The translations under genes and the position numbers were made by a program. The notes beneath the pieces are model-generated. The model had not been told where the DNA came from and made no database searches. It saw only the letters and a list, made by a program, of their open reading frames with translations. A stretch of DNA of 64,000 nt from NCBI RefSeq assembly GCF_006345805.1, contig NC_043000.1, positions 92,690,001 through 92,754,000 on the forward strand. Reading direction: 5' to 3'. This document shows, one piece after another, positions 37,990 through 49,225 of the stretch. Within the stretch, counting starts at the first letter, position 1. The number at the start of each line of letters is the position of its first letter. Source of the DNA: Octopus sinensis. Lineage: Eukaryota.

Positions 37990-38995
37990 TAAGGCAGTGA
38001 GCTGGCAGAATTGTTGGTAAAGGTAAAGAATATGCACACCACCCGTTTTCAACATAACTCTAACTCTAACTCTAAACACCAGGTGTGCATATTCTTTAAT
38101 AAAAATAATAAATATATGCGCCCTTTTAAAGCCTAGCCAGGCTCATGGGCCCAATTTCCCAGTTTCTACGGTGTTCCCCAGCTAAACGAAACACCAGTCC
38201 ATTGCAGCATTACTCATTTTTGCCAGCTGAGTGGACTGGAGCAATGTGAAATGAAGTATTTTGTTCAAGAACATAACGCGTCGCCCAGTCTATATAATCG
38301 AAACCACAATCTTATGATCATGATGCTGACACCCTAACCACTAAGCCATGTGCCTCCACACAGTGCATATGCTTTACCGTTGCTGAATTGTTAGTGCACC
38401 AGGTAAAATTCATAGCAGTGTTTCGTCCATCATTATGCTATGAGTTCAAATTCTACCAAGATCAATTTCACCTTTCATCTTTTTGGAGTCGATGAAAGAA
38501 GAACCAATAACAAACTGGGGTCAATGTAATTGACTAACTCCTTCCTCCAAAATTTCAGACCCTGTGTCTGTAATAGAAAGGATTATTATGATTATTAGGG
38601 GCAGTGAGCTGGCAAAATCGTTAGCTCACAGAGGAAAATGCTTAGCGGCATTTCATCTGCCTTTATGTTCTGAGTTCAAACTCTGCTGGAGTCAACTTTG
38701 CCTTTCATCTTTTTAGGGTCAATAAATTAAATAGCAGTTGAGTTCTAGGGTTGGGGTAATTGTCTGTTCCCCTTCCTCAAATTTCAGGCCTTGTGCTTAT
38801 AGTAGAAAGGATGATTATAATTATTAGAGCTAGCGAGCTATCAGATTTGTTAGCATCCCGGGGTTAACTTTGCTTTACATCCTTTTGGGGTCAATAAATT
38901 ACGTACCAGTGAAACACTGGGGTCGATGTTATCAACTAACCTCCTCCCCACAAATTTACAGGCATTGTACCTTTAGTAAAAAGGATTATTATTAT
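37990..38995 (+). mobile_element. Head-to-tail cluster of three family B SINEs; the first is interrupted by a small TIR element that itself carries a family D SINE (38120-38358, -)
   Basis: Units start at about 37990/38385, 38597 and 38826 and are separated by (ATT)n; TIR ggtaaagaatatgcac / gtgcatatgctttacc. Confidence 0.8.
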
Positions 38996-39038
38996 TATAA
39001 TTATTATTATTATCATTATTATTATTATTATTATTATT

Positions 39039-39197
39039 GAGTGAGAGAGCAGTGCATGCCATCAGAGTGACACTGGGGTAAAATATACGAAGCCCAGTAT
39101 ACCCATCATGACTACCCGTCTGATAAGGGTACACTAGGCACATGCATCACAACCATATGTGCGCAACATGGTGATCTCATATCACATGGTGATCTCA
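39039..39197. mobile_element. Short copy of an (ATT)n-flanked element (long copy at 51138-51693)
   Basis: gagtgagagagcagtgcatgccatca...catggtgatctcatatc is near-identical to 51138-51283. Confidence 0.85.
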
Positions 39198-39211
39198 TAA
39201 TAATATTATAA

Positions 39212-39247
<36 letters not shown>

Positions 39248-39264
39248 TATCATTATTATTATTA

Positions 39265-39334
<70 letters not shown>

Positions 39335-39650
39335 TATCATCATCGTCCTCATATATGAATTTATTACACATGCATACATACACAGACATCTCAAAAGCAA
39401 AAAGGTGCCCCTCATTATAAATTTTTTTGCGGAGACATTGTTCATTAGTTCAAAACTTGAACAGGTGAAATCCTTAAAAAACTGCATGAGGGATGTCTAC
39501 TAACTTTTAGATCAAGTATTTAAATGCATTAAATGACATTATTTTAAATTCTAGAAATAAATCTTTCAATAATGATGCTATTTACTTTTGAGATGTTTCT
39601 GTCTATATATGTATATATGTATACAATGTATACATGTGTGTGCATGCATG

Positions 39651-39684
<34 letters not shown>

Positions 39685-40145
39685 TATATATACATGCATG
39701 CATACATAAATATATATAGATACACATATGTATACATACTTGCACACATATACGCATATATACATACATGCTTACACACATATGCACATACAAATACACA
39801 CATAAATACACATATGCAAACATATATACATACATACTTAGGTATGTGTCTATATATGTGTGTGTGTATAAATATATATACACATATATATACAAATAAA
39901 CATAGGTGTGTGTATAAATATATATATATATAATATCATTATTATTATTTTTAAAAAATGTCTATTTCTTTGGTTTTGTGTTTATGTTTTCGTTTCTCAT
40001 TGTGTTCAACGTTTTTTTGGTGTCCTGTACCCATATATGCATGTATATATACATGTAGAGGTAGATACGTACATATATGTATGTATATATGCATATGTTT
40101 TATTTATTTATTAATTTATATATATAATATGTATATATATCTATA

Positions 40146-40176
<31 letters not shown>

Positions 40177-41089
40177 TTAATTATTTATAAAATCTTACAA
40201 ACTCATACACACATATGGTGACAGACACAGAAATTGAGAGAGTGTGAGAGACAGACGGACAGACAGAGACAGAAAGATAGAGAGAGAAAGAGAAAGAGAG
40301 AGAGAGAGAGAGAGAACTAAGTTGATGCAATGCCACCTATATAAGAAAATACATGAACAAAAAGATGAACTGAGCAATGTACCAAACTGATGGATTTTCA
40401 AATGCAACATGGCACAGAGATTTTGTATTCAGAATGTGATTCAGAATTTGTATAGAGAGAGTGGGGTTAAGATAGATGGTCAGACACAGATATACAGAAA
40501 GGGGTAGAGGCTGAGTGGACCTTGGCGCTGGTAATTACCAAACAAGTATGTTGTTTATACAAAATGTGAGGTCACAGAGTTTATATTGGATCTTGCCGTA
40601 TTATTTTTCCAATCGATTCACATACAGAAAATGTTAAAGGCAGGGATGTGTCTGACTGTCTGTCTGTCTGTATGCCTGTATGTATGTATGTATGTATGTA
40701 TGTATGTATGTATGTATGTAGGTAGGTATGTATGTATGTATGTATGTATGTATGTATGTATGTATGTAGGTAGGTAAGTAAATAGGTAGGTAGGTAGGTA
40801 TGTATGTATGTATGTATGTATGTATGTATATATGTATGTATGCATATATGTATGTATACATGTATGAACATATATATATATATATATATGTGCATGAATG
40901 TGTGTGTATATGTGTATGTATCAGATGTGTATCTTATATGTGTGATTTGCATATTTGCGTCATATAATCTTTCCTTCTCTCTTTCTTTCTCTGTCTCTCG
41001 TTTCATACATATATACATACACACACACATATATATACACAAATATGCATACACACATATATGTATACATAAGTTTATGTGTGTGTGTG

Positions 41090-41130
<41 letters not shown>

Positions 41131-41204
41131 ACACACATAAACTTACATATACATATGTGTGTGTGTATATTTGTACATATGCGTGTATATGCTGGCTTTA
41201 AATG

Positions 41205-41405
41205 TTGACACAAGGCTAGCTATTTCGAGGAGGATCTAATTTGATTACATTCACCCCAGTATTCAACTGGTACTTATTTTATCAACTCTGAAAAGATGAA
41301 AGGCAAAGTTAACCTCTGCGGGATTTGAACTCAGAACGTAAAGACAGACCAAATACCAATAGGCATTTTGCCTGACATGTTAACGATTTTACTAGCTCCT
41401 TACCT
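41205..41405 (-). mobile_element. SINE family B copy
   Basis: Homologous to 740-955. Confidence 0.8.
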
Positions 41406-41419
41406 TATGTGAATGTATA

Positions 41420-41483
<64 letters not shown>

Positions 41484-41485
<2 letters not shown>

Positions 41486-42258
41486 CTCTTTACTCTTTTA
41501 CTTGTTTCAGTCATTTGACTGCGGCCATGCTGGAGCACCGCCTTTAGTCGAGCAAATCGACCCTGGGACTTATTCTTTGTAAACCCAGTACTTATTCTAT
41601 CGGTCTCTTTTTGCCAAACCGCTAAGTGACGGGGACGTAAACACATCAGCATCGGTTGTCAAGCAATGCTAGGGGGACAAACACAGACACACACACACAT
41701 AATATATATATATACGACAGGCTTCTTTCAGTTTCCGTCTACCAAATCCACTCACAAGGCATTGGTCGGCCCGGGGCTATAGCAGAAGACACTTGCCCAA
41801 GATGATATATATATATATAAACATACATATACACATATATATATCTTTTATTCTTTTACTTGTTTCAGTCATTTGACTGCGGCCATTCTGGAGCACCACC
41901 CTTTAGTCAAGCAAATCAACCCCAGGACTTATTCTTTTTAAGCCTAGTACTTATTCTATCGGTCTCTTTTGCGAAACCACTAAGTTATGGGGATGTAAAC
42001 ACACCAGCATCGGTTGTTGAGCGATTTTTTTGGTGGGGGACAAACACAGACACACAAACTCACACAGACATATACCTATAAGTACATATATATGATGAGC
42101 TTCTTTCAGTTTCCATCTACCAAATCCACTCACAAGGCTTTGGTCAGCCCGAGGCTATAGTAGAAGACACTTGCCCAAGGTGCCACACAGTGGGACGGAA
42201 CCCAGAGCCATGTGGTTGGTAAGCAAGCTACTTACCACACAGCCACTCCTGTGCCTAT
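41484..42258 (-). mobile_element. Two tandem SINE family A copies (41484-41803 head-less, 41844-42258 full)
   Basis: Repeated tactcttttacttgtttcagtcatttgactgcggcc units. Confidence 0.9.
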
Positions 42259-42296
42259 ATATAGGGAAATAGATAGATAGATAGATAGATAGACAG

Positions 42297-42520
42297 TCAA
42301 TTCAAATAAACAAACAATTCAAATAAATGAATAAAACTCAAAAAATAGAAAAATAACGAATGTGAGGGCATGCACAAGAAGTGTATTAGCTTGATGCTCA
42401 GTGAAATGAGCGAGTTTAACATTTTGAGCATAGCTCTTCATCAGAAAGGAGAAAAGGAAAAATCCAAAGAGGAAGAAATCGCTAACAGCCCATGTGTAGT
42501 TACATAGCTGAAGTGATATA
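42297..42520 (-). mobile_element. PLE pLTR relic containing a decayed minimal hammerhead (42414-42448)
   Basis: Minus strand cttt-CTGATGA-a-GAGC-tat-GCTC-aaaatgtt-aaac; downstream ctgagc...ctaatac resembles 16748-16767; microsatellites on both sides. Confidence 0.55.
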
Positions 42521-42799
42521 TTTATTATGATATATATATATATATATAGTGGTTGAGAAATCACTAATCTAAGCTTAGAATAGATACACACTAATCTAGT
42601 GCTCTAACTTGTCAGATTCTTAAATTCCAACTTCCTAAAGATGGTAAAGTAATCCAGATCAAGAACTGGATATAACAAATATATAGTTAGATTCGATCAT
42701 AAAGAGACAACAGATGAATGAACAATTATAGGTGGCAGGAATTCATTGATAGGAGATGTTACTTATACAAATTCATATTACAGGAAGAAGATGATTATG

Positions 42800-43060
42800 A
42801 CTCACCATTCTGAAGATCCCTTAACTGATGCAACCTGTCATTGAGATACTACTCTAGATGTTTTTGCAGTCAGCTGTTGCCACTGGTCTGTTCTCTGTTA
42901 TGTGTAATGGGGTCACAGTGTTCTGACCTGTTCAGCCTTTGATGTTCTCAGAAGGACGATTTTCTCTGTCTGCTTCATTTTTGCTCTCCTTCAACTATGC
43001 CCTGAAGAATGGTTTTGGTCAGGGAGTTGTGGTGGGTATATGACCATACCAAGCAAGCGA
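42800..43060 (-). mobile_element. Old RTE-like LINE 3' fragment
   Basis: Minus-strand LAWYGHI and TKTILQGIVEG motifs, with frameshifts. Confidence 0.55.
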
Positions 43061-43604
43061 TCATAATCTTCAGAGGTGAATACTTCGGGGTGTGCTAGGT
43101 GTGTGCTGCACACCCATCAGAAATGGCAAATTCATTATAAATATTAACCCTACTCATTAATTTAATCACAAATCTTAATGGAAAACTTTTGTTATACCCC
43201 TGCTTAAAATTTGGTGGCATTGGCTGTGGCAGCACACCCAATACAACAACCACCATATGCCACAGGTCTTTGTCCCCACACAAGGAATAGATCCTCTCTG
43301 CCAACATATTTGTTGGCTTGGTGCCAGACAAAGCTGTTCATTTTGTGCTATATGTGTGGAACGTGTTGCAGCCTTCAGAAGCACTCCTGCTCAAAAGCCT
43401 GGATTCTTTGATCCATATCAGCTGTATGAGTCCAGTGATCTCGCTGTCACTGAAGGATTGAAGTAATCAGGAACTTATACACTCTGAGTCTTGTTGGTAA
43501 ACTAATGTAATTGCTTTTCCATAGGGTGTTCCACTTATTGTTGCAGAGGCAAAAGTGAGTCATTTTCTTATGACCATTTGTATGATATTGCAGTATGCAT
43601 TAAC

Positions 43605-43822
43605 AATCCTTTCTACTAAAGATACAAGGCTTGACATTTTGGGAGATGGGACTAGTTAATCATGTCAACCCCAGTGTTTCATTGGTACTTCATTTGTCAA
43701 CTCTGAAAGGACGAAAGGCAAAGTCGACCTCAGCGGAATTTGAACTCAGAATGTTAAGACGGTTGAAATGCTACCAAGTGTTTTGCCCAGTGTACTAATG
43801 ATACTGTCGGCTTGCCACCTTT
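43605..43822 (-). mobile_element. SINE family B copy
   Basis: Homologous to 740-955. Confidence 0.8.
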
Positions 43823-44364
43823 AATATTAATTAATAATGTGCCAAAATGTCATGGAATGACAGTAGCAGGAAAATACTTACTCTTCGTAATTAGAATACT
43901 ATTGGAACTGTGTGGTTCATAGATTTCCCTTGATAGTTCTCTTAAGGGGTGGGCATATTTTGTGAAATGTATTATCCCATTACTTATACTTTCAGTTTAT
44001 TGGTTTTCATTGAAATCACTGAAACATTTTCTAGCTTGTCTTTGTAATGCTCCCTTATCTGTCACTTATGTGATGCAGGCACTTATTGAGTTTTCATGCA
44101 TTGCTGATTCTATGGAGTTTTGTAATGAACAGTTGTTATCACATGTAGAATAGCTTTGGCAAGTAAGCCATGTCAATCATAAAGACTGAATCACTGCCTT
44201 TTTTTTTAGCAAGTAAGAGTTAGTAGTCTTCTTCTTTGTGTTGGTTATGAAGATGGAAGTTGTGTAGTTCATATAGTTGATAGGTCATGCCTGATAAGAT
44301 AAGCCTATGAAACTTCAAGCTGTATGGAGCCAAATAAAATTTTTATTGCGTAATATATGTAACT

Positions 44365-45750
44365 CCTTCTGCCGAGGTCGATCTTGCCTTTCATCCTTTT
44401 GGAGTCGATAAATTAAGTACCAGTTGCATACTGGGTCGATCTAATCGATTGGCCTCCTCCCACAAAATTTCAGGCCTTGTGCCTAGAGTAGAAAAGAATA
44501 TATGTATCTTCTTCAGATGGTGAGCTGGCAGAATTTTTAGCATGCTGGGCAAAATATTTGCTGGTAATTCGTCCATTTTTACATCCTGAATTGAAATTCC
44601 ACTGAGGTTGACTTTGCTTTCCATCCTTATAGGCTCAATACGATATGTGCCAGTTGAGTATTAGGGTTGCTGTAATAGACTAGTACCCTCCCCCAAACTT
44701 GTTGGCTATGTGTCAAAATTTGAAATCAGTATATGTAATTCTTACCTGGTGATCTGAGTCCCACTTCCTTTTATTTGTCCCCATTCCCTTGTAGGTTTAA
44801 AGACAAGGATTTTTCTCACAGGATAATCACCTCATCAGCTTCTTGAAGAACATCATGAAGAGAATGGCTTGAGCAGAGACTAAAGTACTGCCTTTTTGTA
44901 AAATTCATGAAGTTGGCTGAGAAGGGCAAAATTGCTCCACCTTGAACACACACTCTGCCTATAGGCTGGCAGCAAGGACTCGGATAAGCTATTTGCTCTT
45001 GGAATGTCTGGAAAATATGGGGCTGAGCATGGTGCATATGAATTACTCAGTTACTCACTATGACTTGGTGGATACCTTCAATTCTAATTTTGCTGTTTGT
45101 TAATGCTATTTAGTTTTATAAGTTTAATAATTTATCGGTTTTATTATTGTTGTTACCACATTGTCATCACATGTGAAACTCTCACTGTTTCTTGTTTATT
45201 ATTTTTTGTTATAATTAACCTTTCTACTGTCCCCAGGCCCTTAAGCCTAAAATTTATTTGTTTATTCATTATTATTATTATTATTATTATTATTGCAAGA
45301 TGGCAGATTCGTTAGCATGCCAGGCCAAATGCTTAGTGGCATTTCATCTGTCTTCATGTTCTGAGTTCAAATTCCTCCTAACTACTTTCCCTTGCAGTCT
45401 TTCGGGACCAAAAAAAAAGTACTAAAATAAGTTGAACACCGGAGTCAATGTAAACAACTTGTACCTTCTCCTGAAATTGCTGGCCTTGGGCCAAAATTTG
45501 AAACCATTATCATTATTATCATGAAGATGGTGTGCTGGTAGAATCATTAGCATGATGGGTGAAATGCTTAGTGGCACTACAACCATCTGTATGTTCAGAG
45601 TTCAAATCTCACTAAGGTTGATTTTGCTTTTCATCCTTTTAGAATCAAAAATTCAAAAAAGGTACCTGTGGAGAACTGGGATTGATGTAATTGTCTAACT
45701 CCTCTGCCAAAACTTCAGACCATGTGCTTAGAGTAGAAAGAATTATTACT
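44365..45750 (+). mobile_element. Four family B SINE copies (about 44365, 44515, 45295, 45525)
   Basis: Repeated gctggcagaat...gagttcaaattcc...ctttcatcctt...aaaatttg units. Confidence 0.8.
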
Positions 45751-45753
45751 ATT

Positions 45754-48525
45754 ATACTTCTTGCAGAGAAATGGGTGGGTAAGGTAATCGAGGTAGTCAG
45801 AGTAAGTGACAGAGTAATTAAAATTAGATTAGTCCTTCACCACAGGACAGCTACCATCATCTCGGCATATGCCCCTCAACCAGGACTACCAGAAGGACAA
45901 AAAGACCAATTCTATGACACCCTATTGCGGACTACCTCGTTGACAAATGACAGCGACCTTCTCTTCGTGGCAGATGATTTCAATGGACATGTCGGACGGC
46001 ATGTCGGGGGCTTCCATGGCGTCCATGGAGGCTACGGTTTTGGCTCTCGTAATGAGGAGGAAACCAGGCTGCTGGAGTTCTGCGATGCAAATGACCTTAT
46101 GGTCTGCAATACCAACTTCAGGAAACCCACCTCTCACCTAGTCACCTACCGTTCTGGCAGACACACCAGCCAGATTGACTACATCCTTGCCAGAAAAAGG
46201 GAAAGAGGGCTGATTATAAATGCCAAAACCTTTCCAGGCGAAGAATGTACTCCTCAACATAGATTAGTAGTTAGCGACTTCAGGATCAGAGCTAAATGGT
46301 TGCCCAGAAGAAGACCAGCTTGGAGGAGAAGGGTCTGGAAGCTTAAAGATCCTGCAAATGGACAGAGATTTAGAGACATACTACTCGAAGCCTTTGACGA
46401 AATAGAAGGGGATATAGCTTCACTTAATGTGGAAGACAACTGGAGATTTCTACGAGACAATCTGCTGACAGCCACTGACCAGATCTGTGGATGGAGCAAA
46501 GTACCATCTCGACCCAGAGTAACATGGTGGTGGAACACTGTGGTTGACAGGGCTATTAGACAAAAGAGACAGGCTTGGAAGGACTGGAAGAACGCTGGTA
46601 GCAGGGAATTGTATCAGACAGCCAGAAGGGAAGCTAGGAGACAGGTCTATTTAGCCAGAGGGGAAGCGGATAAGAAAAAATTTGCCAATGTTCTGCGCCG
46701 TGAGGATGAAAGACTTGAGGTATTTCGTGTTGCAAGACAGTGTGTGAGAGAGAATCGTGATGTGGTAGGAGAGAAGTGTGTTCGCATGGATGATGGTTCA
46801 CTTGCGCTAAATGAGGATGCAAAGAGAGAGGTTTGGAGATGCCACTATGAAAGGTTGCTGAATAAAGAAAATGAATGGGATAAAGAGAGTCTGCCGAATG
46901 TTGACCCAACAGAGGGACCAGCTATCCGAGTTGATAGTTCCGTGGTAGCTAAGGCAATTAGAAGCATGAAGACAGGGAAAGCCCCAGGCCCATCAGGAAT
47001 TACTGCAGAGATGCTCAAAATATCTGGCAGTGTCGGCTATAACCTAGTCACCCGTATAGTCAACCAGGTGATACACGAAGGAGTCATACCCAATGACTGG
47101 TGCAGCAGCATACTAGTCAACTGCTACAAAGGTAAAGGTGATGCCCTAGATACAAATAATTACAGAGGTATCAAGCTGTTGGATCAGGTAATGAAGGTTA
47201 CGGAGAGGGTCATAGCCCAACTAATTAGAGAGAGAGTTAGTTTAGATGAGATGCAGTTTGGGTTTGTGCCAGGGAAAAGTACCACTGATGCTATATTCCT
47301 GGTAAGGCAGCTGCAGGAGAAATACCTAGCCAAAGATAAGCCCCTGTACCTGGCTTTCGTTGATATGGAGAAAGCCTTTGATAGGGTCCCCCGATCCCTC
47401 ATCTGGTGGTCAATGAGGAAACTAGGGATAGATGAATGGCTGGTGAGGGCTGTGCAAGCCATGTACAGAGATGCCGTAAGTAAGGTTAGGGTTGGCAACA
47501 TGTACACAGAAGAATTCAAAGTAGAGGTTGGGGTCCACCAGGGTTCAGTACTCAGCCCCCTCCTATTTATCATAGTCCTCCAGGCAATTGTGGAGGAATT
47601 CAAGACAGGTTGCCCCTGGGAGCTCCTCTATGCTGACGACCTCGCTCTAATTGCTGAGTCACTATCAGAACTGGAGGAGAAGTTCCAGATGTGGAAGGAG
47701 GGTTTAGAATCGAGGGGCCTTAGAGTCAACCTAGCTAAAACCAAAGTACTAATAAGTAGAAAGGTAGACAATCCACAAATGTCCTCAGGAAGATGGCCCT
47801 GCTCGATCTGTAGAAAAGGTGTTGGTAGAAACTCTATAAGATGTACCCAGTGTAAGCTATGGACTCATAAGAGGTGCAGCAATGTCAAAGGTAGGCTAAC
47901 TGGGAAGATAGTTTTTGTATGTGGCAGATGCTCGGGAGCATTGACCTCCAAAGATCTGCAGAAAACAACTTCCGTCACTTTGCAAGGGGAAAAATTAGAA
48001 GTAGTTGATAGCTTCCATTATCTAGGTGACCAAGTCAGTAGTGGGGGTGGGTGCGCTGAGAGTGTAACTGCTAGAATAAGAATAGCCTGGGCAAAGTTTA
48101 GGGAGCTCTTACCTCTGCTGGTGACAAAAGGCCTCTCGCTCAGAGTAAAGGGCAGACTGTATGATGCATGTGTACGAACAGCTATGCTACATGGCAGTGA
48201 AACATGGGCCGTGACTGCTGAGGACATGCGTAAGCTCATGAGGAATGAAGCCAGTATGCTCCGATGGATGTGTAATGTCAGTGTACTTACTCGACAGAGC
48301 GTTAGTTCCTTGAGAGAAATGTTGTACCTAAGAAGCATCAGTTGTTGTGTGCAAGAGAGACGATTGCGCTGGTATGGTCATGTGGCGAGAATGGATGAAG
48401 ATAGGTGTGTGAGAAAGTGCCAATCCCTAGCAGTTGAGGGAACCCGTGGAAGAGGTAGACCCAGGAAAACCTGGGACGAGGTGGTGAAGCAAGACCTTCG
48501 AACGTTAGGTCTCACATGGAAATGA
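45754..48525 (+). CDS. RTE ORF (partial APE endonuclease, reverse transcriptase, internal PHD-type finger); no native start codon; 1-nt frameshift near 48517 removes the last ~20 aa
   Basis: SAYAP, DFNGHVG, QIDYIL, QHRLV (APE); NYRGIKLL, QFGF, FVDMEKAFD, GVHQGSVLSP, YADD at 47629-47640, FHYLG (RT); LRWYGHV, GRPRKTW. The alternative frame continues MTRDRDLWKYAVREKTRQD*. Confidence 0.9.
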   Translation: MLLAEKWVGKVIEVVRVSDRVIKIRLVLHHRTATIISAYAPQPGLPEGQKDQFYDTLLRTTSLTNDSDLLFVADDFNGHVGRHVGGFHGVHGGYGFGSRNEEETRLLEFCDANDLMVCNTNFRKPTSHLVTYRSGRHTSQIDYILARKRERGLIINAKTFPGEECTPQHRLVVSDFRIRAKWLPRRRPAWRRRVWKLKDPANGQRFRDILLEAFDEIEGDIASLNVEDNWRFLRDNLLTATDQICGWSKVPSRPRVTWWWNTVVDRAIRQKRQAWKDWKNAGSRELYQTARREARRQVYLARGEADKKKFANVLRREDERLEVFRVARQCVRENRDVVGEKCVRMDDGSLALNEDAKREVWRCHYERLLNKENEWDKESLPNVDPTEGPAIRVDSSVVAKAIRSMKTGKAPGPSGITAEMLKISGSVGYNLVTRIVNQVIHEGVIPNDWCSSILVNCYKGKGDALDTNNYRGIKLLDQVMKVTERVIAQLIRERVSLDEMQFGFVPGKSTTDAIFLVRQLQEKYLAKDKPLYLAFVDMEKAFDRVPRSLIWWSMRKLGIDEWLVRAVQAMYRDAVSKVRVGNMYTEEFKVEVGVHQGSVLSPLLFIIVLQAIVEEFKTGCPWELLYADDLALIAESLSELEEKFQMWKEGLESRGLRVNLAKTKVLISRKVDNPQMSSGRWPCSICRKGVGRNSIRCTQCKLWTHKRCSNVKGRLTGKIVFVCGRCSGALTSKDLQKTTSVTLQGEKLEVVDSFHYLGDQVSSGGGCAESVTARIRIAWAKFRELLPLLVTKGLSLRVKGRLYDACVRTAMLHGSETWAVTAEDMRKLMRNEASMLRWMCNVSVLTRQSVSSLREMLYLRSISCCVQERRLRWYGHVARMDEDRCVRKCQSLAVEGTRGRGRPRKTWDEVVKQDLRTLGLTWK

Positions 48526-48744
48526 CTAGAGACCGAGACCTATGGAAGTATGCTGTGCGTGAGAAGACCCGGCAAGACTAGTGAAGCCATAACCCATGGC
48601 CACTACCTGGGACGTAGTCAGTCCACCTGTGCATACCTTCCTGCTTGTGATACTTGTGAAGACCTGTTGAGGCAAGTGAAAGTCAAGTCAAATCGAATCA
48701 AATCAAATAGATGAACATCAATGGAATTTGTATCCTTGTGGTAC

Positions 48745-49025
48745 CAGTGCCGGTGGCACATAAGAAAACCATCCGAACGGGACCGTAGCCAGTACCGCAT
48801 CAACTGGCCCCGTGCTGTAGGCACATAACAAACACCATCCGATCGAAGCCGTTCGCCGGCCTCGTCTGGCACCTGTGTCGGTGGCACATAAAAAACACCA
48901 TCCGACCGTGGCCGTCTGCCAGCCTCGTCTGGCACCTGTGTCAGTGGCACATAAAAAACACCATTCGAGCGTGACCGTCTGCCAGCCTCGTCTGGCACCT
49001 GTGTCGGTGGCACATAAAATCACCC
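48745..49025 (+). repeat. About 63-bp tandem repeat (4.5 units) in the RTE 3' UTR
   Basis: gtggcacataa recurs at about 48753, 48819, 48881, 48944 and 49007. Confidence 0.9.
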
Positions 49026-49225
49026 ACTACACTCTCGGAGTGGTTGGCGTTAGGAAGGGCATCCAGCTGTAGAAACACTGCCAGATCTGACTGGCCTGGT
49101 GCAGCCTTCGGGCTTGCCAGACCCCAGTTGAACCGTCCAACCCATGCTAGCATGGAAAGCGGACGTTAAACGATGATGATGATGATGATGATGATTATTA
49201 TCCTCATCATCATCATCATTATCGT

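Larger units (their letters stand above)
45754..49194 (+). mobile_element. Young 5'-truncated RTE-clade LINE with 3' UTR and (GAT)n tail
   Basis: Uninterrupted APE-RT frame; UTR ends ...catgctagcatggaaagcggacgttaaac(gat)n; inserted in the (ATT) tail of a family B SINE. Confidence 0.92.

Noticed and set aside
3391-42133. Recurrent ORFs such as FQSFDCGHAGAPPL and [15 protein letters not shown] as a gene family
   Set aside because: They are alternative-frame translations of family A SINE copies.
45691-45753. N-terminus MSNSSAKTSDHVLRVERIITI of the 944-aa ORF as a real start
   Set aside because: It begins at TTG and is the 3' end of a family B SINE that happens to be in frame; the N-terminal APE motifs are missing, so the LINE is 5'-truncated.
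48745-49025. Regularly spaced repeat as a CRISPR array
   Set aside because: The intervening sequences are homologous to each other (tandem repeat), there are no cas genes, and the context is a eukaryotic LINE 3' UTR.
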